The notes beneath the pieces are model-generated. The model was not told the DNA's origin. It did not search any database and saw nothing but the letters and a program-made list of their open reading frames with translations. The position numbers and the translations under genes were made by a program. A DNA stretch of 63,633 nt, filler included, from Reticulomyxa filosa (lineage: Eukaryota > Protista > Foraminifera): the NCBI GenBank assembly GCA_000512085.1. It is 18 parts of 18 records of this genome, joined end to end, with 100 filler letters (N's around TTAATTAATTAA, not from the genome) between each part and the next. Parts side by side here need not be neighbours in the genome. Positions count along the whole stretch, not along the records: positions 27,194 to 29,821 come from ASPP01005101.1; positions 29,922 to 31,061 come from ASPP01014373.1; positions 31,162 to 40,650 come from ASPP01006585.1; 15 more parts are not named here. One strand, given 5' to 3'. Positions 27,351 through 39,856 of this stretch are shown piece after piece. Each line of letters begins with the position of its first letter. Position 1 is the first letter of the stretch.

Positions 27351-28560
27351 GTATATGCAAGTATGTGACACATTGGGAAAGCATGGACGACGAAGGAAAA
27401 TGGAAAGTTTGCTATTTGGCGACGGAGTATTGTGCAACTCAATGGCCGGGCGTGCACAAAAGTATGAACCTGTTTTCGTATACAACTAGCATACTATATC
27501 CAAGAAATCTTGATCCTGTCTCTCAACTGAATGATCACTTCAAATGCAAAACTATAAATTGTAATACTTTCCTGGAGCACTGCAAACGCCTGAAGTGCAT
27601 TCAAAGAATTTTCTCCCAAATTGTCGCCACAGTTTCCTGGCTGCACTCACAAAAAGTCGCTCATTTGGATATCTCCTTAGAAAATATTATGATTGCCGGT
27701 TTCAAAAATACTTTTTTTTTTTTTTTTTTGAAAAATGGCCTCTTTTTTTCTGTGTTTTATTTTAATTTCTTTTGGCGAAACTTAACAACAACAATAAAAT
27801 AGGTGGAACAGACAAAAATCCGTTAATCAAATTCATCGACTTTGGTGTCGCGGTAGATTTCTCAAAATTTGATTCGCAAAATCCGCGGTATGGTGCATGG
27901 GTTGGCAAACCACAGTACATGGCATTAGAGGTATCTCTTTTATGTGTGGCGATGAAACAAACTAAACAAACGACAGTATTTTTTGATTTGGATAGGTTGA
28001 ACATGTTGGACAAAGAGGGACATTCGATCCCTTCGCTGCAGATATATGGACACTTGGAGTATGTTTGTGGATCCTCATGTTCAAAGAATATCCATTTCAA
28101 CAAAGACCTTACAAGGACAAATCGATATTGCCATTTGAAAAAAATAAATCTGTAGAAACAAAGTATTTGAAGGCTCAGATGGTCAAAAGGAACTTATTGC
28201 CTTTTGTTACTGTCGAGGTGTTCAGTTGAGTTTATTTTTTGTTGTCCATATTTAATTCACTTTCCCTCCCCTCTTCAGCTTTGTTTTTTTTGATGATTTT
28301 AGCCGTATTGGCGAAAATCTTCAAACCGGAAACTCAACGGATAAATATTACACAGCTGGCTGCACTTAATTTTTGTGCTCAGGTGTTTTAAATGTTACAT
28401 ACAAATAAGCAATTTTATGTTTGATGGAAAGAAGGAGAAAAAAAGAACTATTTTCATTTGATGATGTTACATGCATGTTATACACGTATATTAGACTCCG
28501 ACGTCGACCAGGGAAAGTACTGATAACACTGAAGATGATACTAAAACAGACTAGTGATTG
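27351..28560 (+). CDS. Ser/Thr protein kinase, C-terminal part (CAMK-like, non-RD)
   Basis: VAHLDISLENIMI, IKFIDFG, GKPQYMALE and ADIWTLGV distributed over spliced exons. Confidence 0.88.
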
Positions 28561-29195
28561 CTTTGATAATGATGGGACTGGGATCCCATAATATTCAAAA
28601 ATAGAATCGAGCACTCTTTTTTCTTATTGATTTGGTAATTTTTTTATTTGCATCGTTTTACGTTACACGGTAATTCAATTTTAAAAACAAATGTGTTCTT
28701 AAAAAGTGATTAACACTCGAATTTTTCAAGAGTTAGTTGTCGTACATAAAATTTTTTTGATTTTTCAAAAAAAAATGTTCTATTGCAAGTCTGGATGTGA
28801 GCCTTTAAAAATAGTAGACAAAAGCATTTGAAAGGCATGAGCCAAATGACACTCCTGTGGCTCAAATTTTCTCTATTTTTCAATCCAAAAATTTACCTTT
28901 TGGAGTTAGCTCCGCAAGAGAACAGAAATACACCATTTCTACATTTTTGCTTTATTACATTGCTTTGGAATTGTAGAGCGATATTCCATTAATTATTTCA
29001 ATGTGAAAGACTTCATTCTGATTTGAAGATTATAATGCTAAATTGCATTTCTACATTTATCTGTTGTAATATCAAAAATAAATACAACTAGTTCAATAAA
29101 TATCAGTCACTTTTGTTAATTGCCTTAATAGCACAGCCTCTCCCAACAGGTTTTTTTTGTTGAAATGTTCTCCCCGGCTAGGTCGAAGATACATT

Positions 29196-29821
29196 ATGAA
29201 TCAATTTGGTGGTTTTCCATTTACACCATATGGTGCTCCAATATGGCCTGACTTTAAAGCGCCGTATAATCAGTTTCCTTCGCTTGCCTCGTCGAATCCA
29301 GGAGGAATGGGTTTATATCCTGCAACGAGTCAGGGACCAAGCCATAATAATGCGCACATGTACTATGACACAACGGGCAGTGTAACTCCCCACGGGTTGG
29401 GCGCACCATTTCCAACGACATCATTGCCCACAGCAAACAACACAATCCAAATGTTGATGCACATGCAACCAGGTCCCCCACCATCAATGGCCTTAGGAGG
29501 AGCACAATCGTTAGGTCTGGCGCCAGCTCCGTCAGCGTCGACGACAACGACAACAGTGATGGCGACGTCTGGAGCCACAAATCAATCGCAATTATTTATG
29601 TCAAAGCTGGGGTCCACCTATGGTCCGGGCATAGCAACGACAGGTAGCAATAGCCTCGGTACCCGAACGAACAATGCAAATAACAATCCCAATGGAATTG
29701 GAAGCCTCATGCCTTTACCTCTATCAGGTACATTAATGGGTGACCACCCTTCAACTATGCTCAGAGCCAACAATGGCAATAACATCATTAACAACAACAA
29801 TAATAATAATAATAATAATAA
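29196..29821 (+). CDS. Low-complexity Pro/Gly/Thr/Asn-rich N-terminus of an unknown protein (truncated)
   Basis: Open frame of more than 200 codons running into the spacer, with coding-like GC. Confidence 0.55.
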
Positions 29822-29921
29822 NNNNNNNNNNNNNNNNNNNNNNNNNNNNNNNNNNNNNNNNNNNNTTAATTAATTAANNNNNNNNNNNNNNNNNNNNNNN
29901 NNNNNNNNNNNNNNNNNNNNN

Positions 29922-30121
29922 ATGATGCCGACCGGCTCGTGGCCGACGATCAATCCCCTGCGGACTGGATATTCGCCGCGAAGGATGTGCACGTCGGTAC
30001 CGCAGATCGTCGTCGTGCTGATTCGCACCAGCGCATCCAGGGGTCCGACATCGGGCACCGGTCGCGACTCGAGGACGATCCGGCCCGGCTCGGCGAAGAC
30101 TGCCGCCATCATCTTTGGCAT
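29922..30121 (-). CDS. Bacterial zinc-dependent alcohol dehydrogenase (MDR/GroES-like), N-terminal part
   Basis: TTICGTDVH and GHEPVG zinc motifs, GGAGG ribosome-binding site upstream, high GC. Confidence 0.92.
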
Positions 30122-30278
30122 CGCTTGTCCTCCGTTGTTCGCAAGCTACGGTAAGCGCGGCGGATCGGCGGGGAATTGATATGGCTCAAGCGGCATCGGC
30201 ACGCCCGACCGAGCCCGCGACCTCGCCATCCCTTGATCTGGATCATGTTGTGGCCCGCGGGCGCTGGTAGCTTTCGAC

Positions 30279-31022
30279 ATGGTCAGGCAATGGACTCTTC
30301 TGACGATCCTGTCGGGCGCGCTCTCCGCGGCGGCCGTCGAGGCGCCGCGCGCGCAGGGCTACGAGGCATTGTACCGGAAGTGCTACGAGGAAGCCGCGCC
30401 CGAGCAGGTGATCATCAGCTGCACGGCGGTCATCTCGCGAGGCCTCGTCGACCAGAACGACCTGGCCACGGCCTACAAGAATCGTGGCGATGCCTACGAT
30501 GACACGGGCCAGTACGAGCGGGCGCTGGAGGACTACGAACAAGCGGTCAAGATAAACCCGCTGGATGCGGAGGCCTTCAACAGCCGGGGCACGACGTACA
30601 TTGCGCAGGAGCGCTACGAACGCGCCGTCGAAGATTTCGATCAGGCGATCAGAATCAATCCCTCGAGCCCGATGGCGTACGGAAACCGGTGCTTCGCGAA
30701 TGCCGTCCTGGGAAAGTTCGAGCAAGCCTTGTCCGACTGCAACGAGGCTCTTCGCATCAAGCCGAAGTATTCCGGCGCCTATGCCTCACGCGCTCTCGCA
30801 TACCTGAAACTGAAGCGTTACGACGACGCGATCGCCGACTACACGACGCTGATCAAGAGCCAGCCCGACAATCCCTACGCTCTGTTCGGCCGCGGCGTGG
30901 CGAGGCAAATGAAGGGAGATGTGCGAGGCGGCGACGGTGACGTCGCGGCGGCGGCATCGGTCAAGCCGGACATTGCCGAACACATGGCCAGACTCGGGAT
31001 CACGCTTCGAAATCTCCGATAG
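30279..31022 (+). CDS. Bacterial exported TPR protein
   Basis: Signal-peptide-like N-terminus and 34-aa TPRs (AYKNRG..., AFNSRG..., AYGNRC...). Intronless and GC-rich. Confidence 0.88.
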   Translation: MVRQWTLLTILSGALSAAAVEAPRAQGYEALYRKCYEEAAPEQVIISCTAVISRGLVDQNDLATAYKNRGDAYDDTGQYERALEDYEQAVKINPLDAEAFNSRGTTYIAQERYERAVEDFDQAIRINPSSPMAYGNRCFANAVLGKFEQALSDCNEALRIKPKYSGAYASRALAYLKLKRYDDAIADYTTLIKSQPDNPYALFGRGVARQMKGDVRGGDGDVAAAASVKPDIAEHMARLGITLRNLR

Positions 31023-31235
31023 CTACGGTGTCGTCCGACCGAGCCAGTAGCCCACGCTCACNNNNNNNNNNNNNNNNNNNNNNNNNNNNNNNNNNNNNNN
31101 NNNNNTTAATTAATTAANNNNNNNNNNNNNNNNNNNNNNNNNNNNNNNNNNNNNNNNNNNNTTTTTTTTTTTTTTTTTTTTTTGTTAGCATTTATTCATA
31201 TGCATACCTACAAAAAAAAAAAAAAAAAAAGGTAG

Positions 31236-32160
31236 ACCGTTTGGGACCCTGCTGGAATGGAGAGATATGCTCCTATTGCAAAAACGTTTTTCCGAAGGGC
31301 ACATGGCGCGGCAGTAGTATTTGCAGCGGATGATCCCAACTCTTGGAAGGCGGTAGAGTTTTGGTTGAAAGAGTTGGATGATAACGCTCCTGATGACATT
31401 GAATGTATTCTCATTTGCAATAAAACAGACATTCTAAAAGAAGAAGAAAAAACGGAAGGCGATAATAAGAGAGATCAAAAAGACCCTGCTGTAACTGAGG
31501 GGGTTTGATACTTGCTGTACACATTTACATAATACATATATATATATGTATATAAATATATGTATGTACGTATACATAAACGTGTTTGGATGTGACCATG
31601 CATTATTCAAAGTATTGAATGTTTGCCACTATTTTTGCTTGAAATAGCAACGTTTGTAAGCAACAAGATTGAATATGTGAAATAAATAGAAGGACGATGA
31701 GAATGATGGACAAGACTCGTATGCGTTGCTTCAAAAGGCAATTGAAGTTGCGGGGACACGTCGTATTCCATTGTATCTGACCTCGGCTAAATCGGGAGAA
31801 TGTGTGAGACAGGCATTTGAAGAGCTGGTCTCGAAAATACTTGCAAATGAACGAATTGTGGATAAGCTGTATCGTGAAAGAGACGGAGCTTCTCCAATTA
31901 AGAAAAACAGTATCGGAGCCAATTCCAAACGCAACGCCAAAAAATCGGCTGGTAATGAAAACGACTCATTCGTTAGTTCGAGAAAAATTTCGTTCAAAAA
32001 AAATAAAAAAGAAAGCCAGCAAGATGCTGAAGACTTCAAAAATAATGCCGCAAACGATGAATTCGACGAAGACAGCTGGGTTAAAATTTCTTCTATTCAT
32101 TTGGAAGACTTTAAGGAACCTCCGCAAAAACAAAAGTTTGCTAAGCTGAGAGGTTGTTAA
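31236..32160 (+). CDS. Divergent Rab-family small GTPase (5' truncated)
   Basis: WDPAGMERY (G3), ILICNKTD (G4), YLTSAK (G5), terminal Cys. Intron from ~31503 to 31689. Confidence 0.88.
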
Positions 32161-32695
32161 TTGTTGATTACTCCAGCCAGCATGTGGTTGATGAGGAACA
32201 ATTATAATTACATTGTTATAATTTCTTTTTGTGATTCTTTCAGTACGTAATGAAGGAATTCGGGAATATGATCAATTTTATGCTCTAGATAAATCGGTAA
32301 ATTTAGACGTTGATTTTCAAAAAAAAAAAAAGATTAGTTTAATTAAAAAACAGGTCAATATGTTGCTGAAAACATGAATAGATCAAGAATAAAGGGTCAC
32401 ATTTCAATATCTCTTTTATAAAAAAATTGATCAAAAGAGTGCATGGAGCAGTTGCAATATGCAGCGCTCTTATACACCAAAAATTTAAATGCATCTTTCG
32501 ACAATTGTCAAAATCAAGCTTGTTTATAATGATATCAATTGCATTAAACTTTGATAAAACTTCATGCATTACAAGTAAAAAGCAAGACTTCCTGAAAATT
32601 ATGGCAAACTTGAACAAAGATGACGATTTACAGTATTGAATTAAGTTGGTTACTCTAAAAAAAAAGGAACAAAATTTCAGATTCGAATATTAAAA

Positions 32696-35687
32696 ATGGA
32701 ATCACATATTTTAGAAAAAGAAGAAGCAGTGCCCAAAGAACAAAAGTATGTTTTATTGTGCAAAAAAAATTAAAATGTTATGCACGTAAAACAAAAACAG
32801 CACGTCAGCGTTGCCGCCACAACCTGATAACAGTAAGTGAAACTATTCTTTGTTTTGTGTTTTTTGTAACACTTCAAGATTTTGAACAAAAACATGATGT
32901 ATTTTTAAACAGAATCGTTGGAAATAATCAAACCTGAAGACAGTGGTGAAACTTTAATCGCAAAGCTTAGATCGTGGAACAGTGGCAATGAATTTACAGG
33001 AGAAAAAAACTTTCCACATTGTTTGCCTGGTGAAGCAGTGTTGCATTGGAGTAGAGAAGATTGGATAAGTGTTGGGCTATCTCCACTTTTTTATAATTTT
33101 TTTCAAGCAAAACATCAAAGTTAAAAATAATTTTTATATGATCTATTAAAAAATTTAAAAATAAAAAAAAGTTTTGCACATAAGTAAAAAAAAGGTTAGT
33201 GTACATGTATAAATACAGAAAATGACAAACAAACCATCAAAACCAAAGGTACTTTTAACATAGAAAATTTTACCTTTTACTGTATATATGACAAAATCAA
33301 CAAAATTAATACTTTGTTATTTTAAATAGACATAAAATCAATGAAAGAACTAGATAAGACACTAGATGAACTATCTGTCACTAGTAAAAATGCTACTATG
33401 AAAATATTAATGAAAAAAGATAGATCATTAAAATTGCCTGAATCGAAGGTATCTTATTTTCCGATAAAAGAATTCGATGAAGAGTCAAGGCAGCGAGAGT
33501 TCCAGACATTAAACGAAGTAATTCAAAAAAATAAGGTATTTGTAATTATATGTAACAAATATTTTTTTAATTCAAAGAGGTTATTTAATATATTGTGTTT
33601 ATAGTCAGTTGTTGGTCTACCTCGTATTATCGTATACGGTGGGTCCGGTGTTGGAAAGTCGCATTTTGTTGATCATTACGCAAATTCCTATTGTAAGAAG
33701 AATATAAATGTAAGGATAGGATGCTTATCAATAGCGTTCAATGATTCTACTGTATTGAACATAGCAAATGAAACAGAAGAAAAAAATAATCTATTTGATA
33801 GAGAAACAGTTAAAAGGATAGTATTTGAATATTTCTTTGTTACAGAAATAAAATCAATTGAAAAAGAAGAAAAAAAAGAAGAAAATATAGAAATTGTTCG
33901 AACAGAAAAAACTATACCAGTGAGACGATTATCACTTGGAACAAGTCAAAGTGATATTTTTTGTTCTTTTAGCGAAAAATTTAATCAATGGTGGAAGAAA
34001 TATAGATTAAGTACAGTTGATTTATTCAATCTCATCATGAAAGAGCAAACAAAAAATTATGATATTTTTATCCTAATATGTGATGATTCTACCAAATGGG
34101 GAAACCTAGAAGTTATTTTTTTTTACTGTTTGTCAAATAGATTATTTTTAAAAATATGTATTGTAGGAAAGTTATTTCTATCATCCATGTAATGGGGAAC
34201 GTTTATTTTCAATTATCTTCACAACAACCGCTTCAAAGCCATCCATTGGGAAGTCAAGTTCTGAAAGACAGTTGGATTGGATTCATTTAAAGGGATTAAA
34301 TTTGGAAAACTTAATGTATAAACTATACCCAGATTATCAACAATCTTTTTCTTTCAGGTCAATAGTCGCAATGTGCGGCAATCATACTCGCAGTTATTCG
34401 TTAATTTACGACTTGATGGAAAGAGATGAAAACATTTTCAAAGGTAAATTAGATAAAGTGGAAAGCTATCAAGATGTTTTAAAATTTTTTTCCAGTGAAT
34501 GGAAGGAAACAGCTCCTTTTCGATATCTGTTCTCCAACTTTTTTGAATTTGAATATTGGCGTCTTGTTGTCGCTAAAGCTTTTTTAAGAGAAAGAGTATA
34601 TCCAAGTCACACAGTTGGAAATACAATTTCAACATGGAAGGATTTGGCAAGTGGTGGATATATTTTGATGAATGATGGTGCAAGTATGTAAACAAAAAAG
34701 ATAGATATATTAGCAATGTATAGTCAAAAAATACACAAAAAAAGGCTATGACGACGACCAATTCGTATCATTTTCGGTGCCGCCTATGCTATTAATAAGT
34801 GCAGCTCTAAGTTCGAATTCTAATTATCAAAATATAACATTTGTTAGAGATTTGAAACTGATTTACGATTCATTTATCATATTGAGTACATTATCGATAG
34901 AATCAGTATTCGCAGGACTAGTGTCATTGACTATAAACGCAATACTCATAAATTTAGATCCTGATTTAAGCTTAGGAAAATCTGTTTCTGACAATGAAAT
35001 ACTAATTAATAGCGAAACGCTGTTTCGTTCATTGAAAACTTATTTTAAATTTGTAACACATGAAGAAATTTACATTTCTAAACATAAAGAAAATTTTAGC
35101 AATCTTCTCCTGATAAACGAAGATCTGAAATGTGGATTGCATCAATTTGGATCTAGCAACGAATGTTTTGATTTTTTATTCAAGTATATTATCCCATCAA
35201 ATAAAATATCAACTAAACAAATAATACCAAAAAAGAAGTATGGTGTTATCTTCTTCCAAGTAAAGTGGCAAGAATGGAACAAAATAGATGTAGATGTTCT
35301 GTTGTTTTTGTTTCTAAAAAAATCTTTATTTTCATATAAATCAAATTATTGTAACACATTAAATAGTCGTCCCTGGATTCGGTTACAAGTCTTAATAAGA
35401 AAGTAAACGATTGTAAAAAAAAACAAACTAATTTGCAAGCAAATGTGCTAAAAGAAAAGGAGGAATGTTCGAAACTAGCCAAAGGTTAATTGTATTTCTT
35501 TGTATCTTCAATTTTTATCTTTTTGTAATAACACATTCTTTTCGATGTAGGTGTTTTTAGCGAAATCAATTTCATATTATTGGGAAGAACAATGCAAGCA
35601 AACGATTTGGCCCAAATAACGATAGATGAGTTGACTCAAGGATTCGAACAATTTCTTTTGCCTATATTTCAACATGCATTTCACTGA
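32696..35687 (+). CDS. Crinkler/RHS-like protein: small N-terminal header, P-loop NTPase, PD-(D/E)xK-like nuclease
   Basis: Spliced gene with Walker A GGSGVGKS (33638-33661), xAFN motif, Walker B FILICDD, and C-terminal NECFD...IFFQVK (35158-35265). Stop TGA at 35685. Confidence 0.7.
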
Positions 35688-35868
35688 TTTTAAAATTAAT
35701 CTTGTGTGAAATCATCTTTTTTGCTGGATTAAAATGTAAAATCGATTGTGGCATTTCATTTGGAAAATTTTCAAGAAAAATTCAATGCTTGCATACATTT
35801 TAATATTTAACATCAACATCTTCTTTATGAAAAAATCAATATATTCATAAAATATTATAGACTTAGTA

Positions 35869-36915
35869 CAGTAAATTGCAAAAAAAACTGACATACCTAA
35901 GTGGCACCATTATGAAGAGAATCGATTTCCATGGAAAATAAACATTTAACCTTAATTTTTAAAAATATCTTGTAGTTTTTAAATATGAAATTGGTTTGTA
36001 ATATCTTTTTCCTATGTTGATCAAAACATTGTTTTTTTAAATTTTGCATGAATGCATTTAAATCGAATCTGTATTACCAAGAAGTAATTTTTAAATCTTT
36101 TTGTTTCTTTTTTATGAATCTTCAAGTCACGTAAATACTTTTTAAAAAATTAGCATTGTATCTTTCGTAGTTTTAAAAAAAATTGACAAGTAAAGTTTAA
36201 CTTTTTTTATTTATTGTGAACTTAAATTTTAGTTTGTAATTTTGTCAGATTTAAAATTTTTTTACCTTTGATTTTTTGATTTTAACATTAACTCTTAAGG
36301 CTTATTTTGATAATTTTTAAAGTTATTTGTTTCAATCACTTCCACACAATTTTATCTTTGCTTCATAAAAAAAATATCATTTCTTATAATAAATTAAAAT
36401 ATAGTCTTTGTGTCAATTTCAAATTCAAAGTCTGGATTAATAAGACTATCTTTTAACTTTAGCTTTTTATTTGTCTCCACAATAAATAATTTTAAATAGT
36501 CAAACCTTAAAATAACAACGAAAATTTTTTTAAAAATAAAACATACGTAGGTCAAGTCAATATTATAAGTATATGAACGTCAAGTGAACGGAGGAATCCA
36601 CAGTATGTTAAAACTTCATCAACAAATTACTTCTTACTTTGTTACTTTTCTTTACTTTCCTTTTGTTATTTTATTTTATTATTAATTTACTTTCATTTTA
36701 CGAAAACTACTATTCTCTTTTAAGTAAACACCTCTCGTATTATAGTTAGTACAACAATATTATCAGCAGATGTCCCACAAATATAAAAAAAATTATATTA
36801 TAAACCTTGTATATATTTTTTAAAAAATTAAATTTAATGTTTATTTTTCATGTAGAAAATCGATTATCTTCATAAGGTGCCACTTAGGTATGTCAGTTTT
36901 TTCTGCAATTTACTG
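35869..36915. mobile_element. Non-autonomous Tc1/mariner-type element (MITE), 1047 bp
   Basis: TA|CAGTAAATTGCA...TGCAATTTACTG|TA. Imperfect ~80-bp TIRs share the core CTGACATACCTAAGTGGCACC. Interior is AT-rich with no transposase ORF. Confidence 0.88.
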
Positions 36916-37167
36916 TATTTTGTTTGATAAATTTCTTGATATAAACAAAAATTTCTTTAAAAAATATCAATATCAAAAGTATATACTAGCATTAACTGTA
37001 GATTTATCTAATGATTTGGAGAAACACATTGATTATCAAATTCACCAATTTGAACTAGTCTACGATATAAAAATAAAGAATTGCAACAATATCAGTAAAT
37101 GGATGCTAAAATAAAAAAATAAAAATAAAACATATAGAGAAATAACATGTAAATGATAGTATTGTAC

Positions 37168-38265
37168 TCAATGTTGAATACACAGCAACCAAATTTGTTT
37201 GATATCTCGTTTTTCGGGATATGCTAGTATTAAGTCAGCAATTTTGCCTTTATTAGCAGCTCGAAGAGTGCTTGCAAAATCTTCCCAAACATCAGCATTG
37301 GGATTTTGAAGCAAAGCTTTCAAATAATACTGACAAGAAGTGTCAAAATGTTTGTCATTGAAATGAGCGACAGCCATATTCGTTAAAGCCCGAACATAAT
37401 TTGGTCTTCGATCAATTGCCTTTTGATATGCATCTAATGCCGATTTGAAAAGTCCAGCATTTGACAAGCAAGCCCCCAATTGATTCCACAACGCATGGTT
37501 GTCAGGTTGTAAGCGCACACAGATCTTGAATTGGTCTGTGGCTTTGGAGAAATCGGTGGTGACACTATAAAGAACGCCTAAAATCTTATGTGTTTCCACA
37601 TTGGTCTCTTTTTCATCCACAGCAATGCCCAAATACAAATCGATCAGTTCAAATGCTATGTTTGCGTTTGCTTCATTGGGATAAGTCTTATGATGCCGAT
37701 CAAGCCATTGTTTATACGTACCATTACGTTGCAAACACATACACAAATAGTGGATGACCTTATTCGAATCTCCTTCATTTGCATAGGCCATGGCCAGTTT
37801 CACCATTGCTAACACATCATTGTGGTTCATTTTCAAACATTGCTCAAAGGCTGCAATGGCCAACAACTCACATTCGTTTTCCATTTGGCACTCTCCGAGC
37901 ATACGCCACACGTCCGACAGTTGGATGTTTGTTGGCAGCTTTGCGTTCTTGGGATGACCCACCAATGCTTCAAAACACAGAATGGCGTCCTGACTTTCTG
38001 ATTCTCCCATTAGTTGAAGACCCTTTTCATATAATAACGCGTCCTTCCAACTTGTCCAGTATTTGTTCTCCATTGGCTTCACAAAGACGTACTGCAGTTC
38101 GCTCTCTTCGTTACACTTCACTATCCTCGTTTCTCTTTCGGCAACACTCAAGGACTTCTTCTCCTCTGTCGCCGTTTGACCGACGAGTTCACTTTTGTTC
38201 GAATGATCGTCCACATTTTCTTTTTTTTCTAACTGAACATCTGTCCGTAAATTTAGGCTTTTCAT
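37168..38265 (-). CDS. PEX5: PEX5-like PTS1-receptor TPR protein (short, intronless)
   Basis: AILCFEA, WRMLGECQMENECE, LGVLYSVT, LWNQLGACLSN and RPNYVRALTNMAVA match the PEX5 TPR domain. Confidence 0.8.
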   Translation of the reverse strand: MKSLNLRTDVQLEKKENVDDHSNKSELVGQTATEEKKSLSVAERETRIVKCNEESELQYVFVKPMENKYWTSWKDALLYEKGLQLMGESESQDAILCFEALVGHPKNAKLPTNIQLSDVWRMLGECQMENECELLAIAAFEQCLKMNHNDVLAMVKLAMAYANEGDSNKVIHYLCMCLQRNGTYKQWLDRHHKTYPNEANANIAFELIDLYLGIAVDEKETNVETHKILGVLYSVTTDFSKATDQFKICVRLQPDNHALWNQLGACLSNAGLFKSALDAYQKAIDRRPNYVRALTNMAVAHFNDKHFDTSCQYYLKALLQNPNADVWEDFASTLRAANKGKIADLILAYPEKRDIKQIWLLCIQH

Positions 38266-38585
38266 GTGTTTGTGCTCAGCTGAAGCTAAATAATCAATGA
38301 AAAAAGATATCCAGTGCTTCCCGTTCCTCTTTTGTAGTTAGACTTTTCAGCTTCTAAGTCCCCTCGGAATTGAAAATATAGAAATGCTACAATTACTTTT
38401 TTCGATTCAAAATTTGTTTTCATGGAAAAAAAGTGAAATAGCATTACAGTGATGGTAGTGTAATCACATTTGCATCAAATTATCATTGTTGAAATGTCAA
38501 TTTCAACATGTCCTGACACTTCCCAATCACTTCACTTGGATTTAAGACAAATTGTTATCTCAATAAAGTAGTAAACAAAAAAGTT

Positions 38586-39856
38586 TTACTTTGGATAGCT
38601 TGTGTATACACCAATAGCTGCACTGATGAAGCCAGATGCTGAGACAAGTCCTTCATTAAATGGTTTTCCGGTCCAGTTTTTGTCAAATTGAGTTTGATTT
38701 AAGCAAACCACAAGATCACCCAGCAGCGCGACAAATCTGCAAACCAGTCAAATATTTTTTTTACTACAAGAAATAAAAAACACCGAAACAACAACAAAAA
38801 AAAAATACTTAACGAAAAGTATTCACTTTTCAAATTGGCATCAGTTTTGGAGGTGTCTTCATCATCAGCTTCTTCACTTTTTCCTATTGAGTATCAATCA
38901 AAAATGTGATCACTTTTTTTATGTTTGGAAAATTCCATTGCTTTTCTTTAAACTTTTTTTTCAAAAAAAAAAAAAAAGTGTCAGAAATATGCTTAAAACT
39001 TGTATCACGATATCTCTTGATCATCAAAATGGAAATGATCAATTGACAAAGTAAACCGCCAAACCACCACTTGCCAGCAGTCACGTTAAGAGCAGCAGCA
39101 GGAGCATTTGTCAAAAATTTGGCTTTTGCCAAGTACACCTTGGCGTCATAATACCAATACACACCATAAAATAACGCCATTCCCAGTGACAACAACTGTT
39201 TCAATCGTCCACAATAAAAAAAAATTTGTTATTGATTGACATCGAAATTTTTTGAAAAAACAGGGGATAAAAAAAAAAGATGTTCCCCTTTACTTCTCTT
39301 CTCCTCTTTTCTCAAAACTTTTAAGGCCAGCTCTTCGTTCATTTCTAAAAAGGCAGAAAATCGATCCACCTCATTCAAGGATTTCAACAGACGAAACCCC
39401 TTTCGGCATTGCGACAAATCTGCTGCTAAATCATTTAACCTTTGTGCATACTCTTTGTGTTTGCCAGTCACAAGCAAATATGCCAATAGTTTACTGGCAT
39501 ATTGCAACCATTTAGTAAATTTATCTCGTCCTCCTGTTAGCATGTTGTGTATTGCATTTTTTGGTTTCTTTTGTTTAAGTTAGAGTCGCAAAGGTTTGTT
39601 TGTTTGTCGGTTTCACCCTTTTTATTCTCTTCTTTTTTTGGTACACTTTACAAAAAACAAAAAAAAATATTGTTTCAGGTACTTCTCACAACACCAACCT
39701 AATCCATTCAAAAAGTTGTTCAGACGCTTCAATTCTTTTTTATCGAATGCCAAACCTGACGACGCCTGTCTATTTATATTGCTGTAACGTCCTGTGGCTC
39801 CACAAAAAAGAAAAACAAATGGGGAAACTCATGCAACACGCAACTTTGAGGCTCAT
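38586..39856 (-). CDS. PEX11: Peroxisomal biogenesis factor 11
   Basis: GRDKFTKWLQYASKLL and LSQCRKGFRLLK, with C-terminal GDLVV...GLVSASGFISAAIGVYTSYPK. Multi-exon; start approximate. Confidence 0.85.

Noticed and set aside
29922-31061. Horizontal transfer of bacterial TPR/ADH genes to the host, or a link to the TPR-caspase gene
   Set aside because: It is a separate contig with no host flanks, and the TPR type differs (34-aa versus 42-aa).
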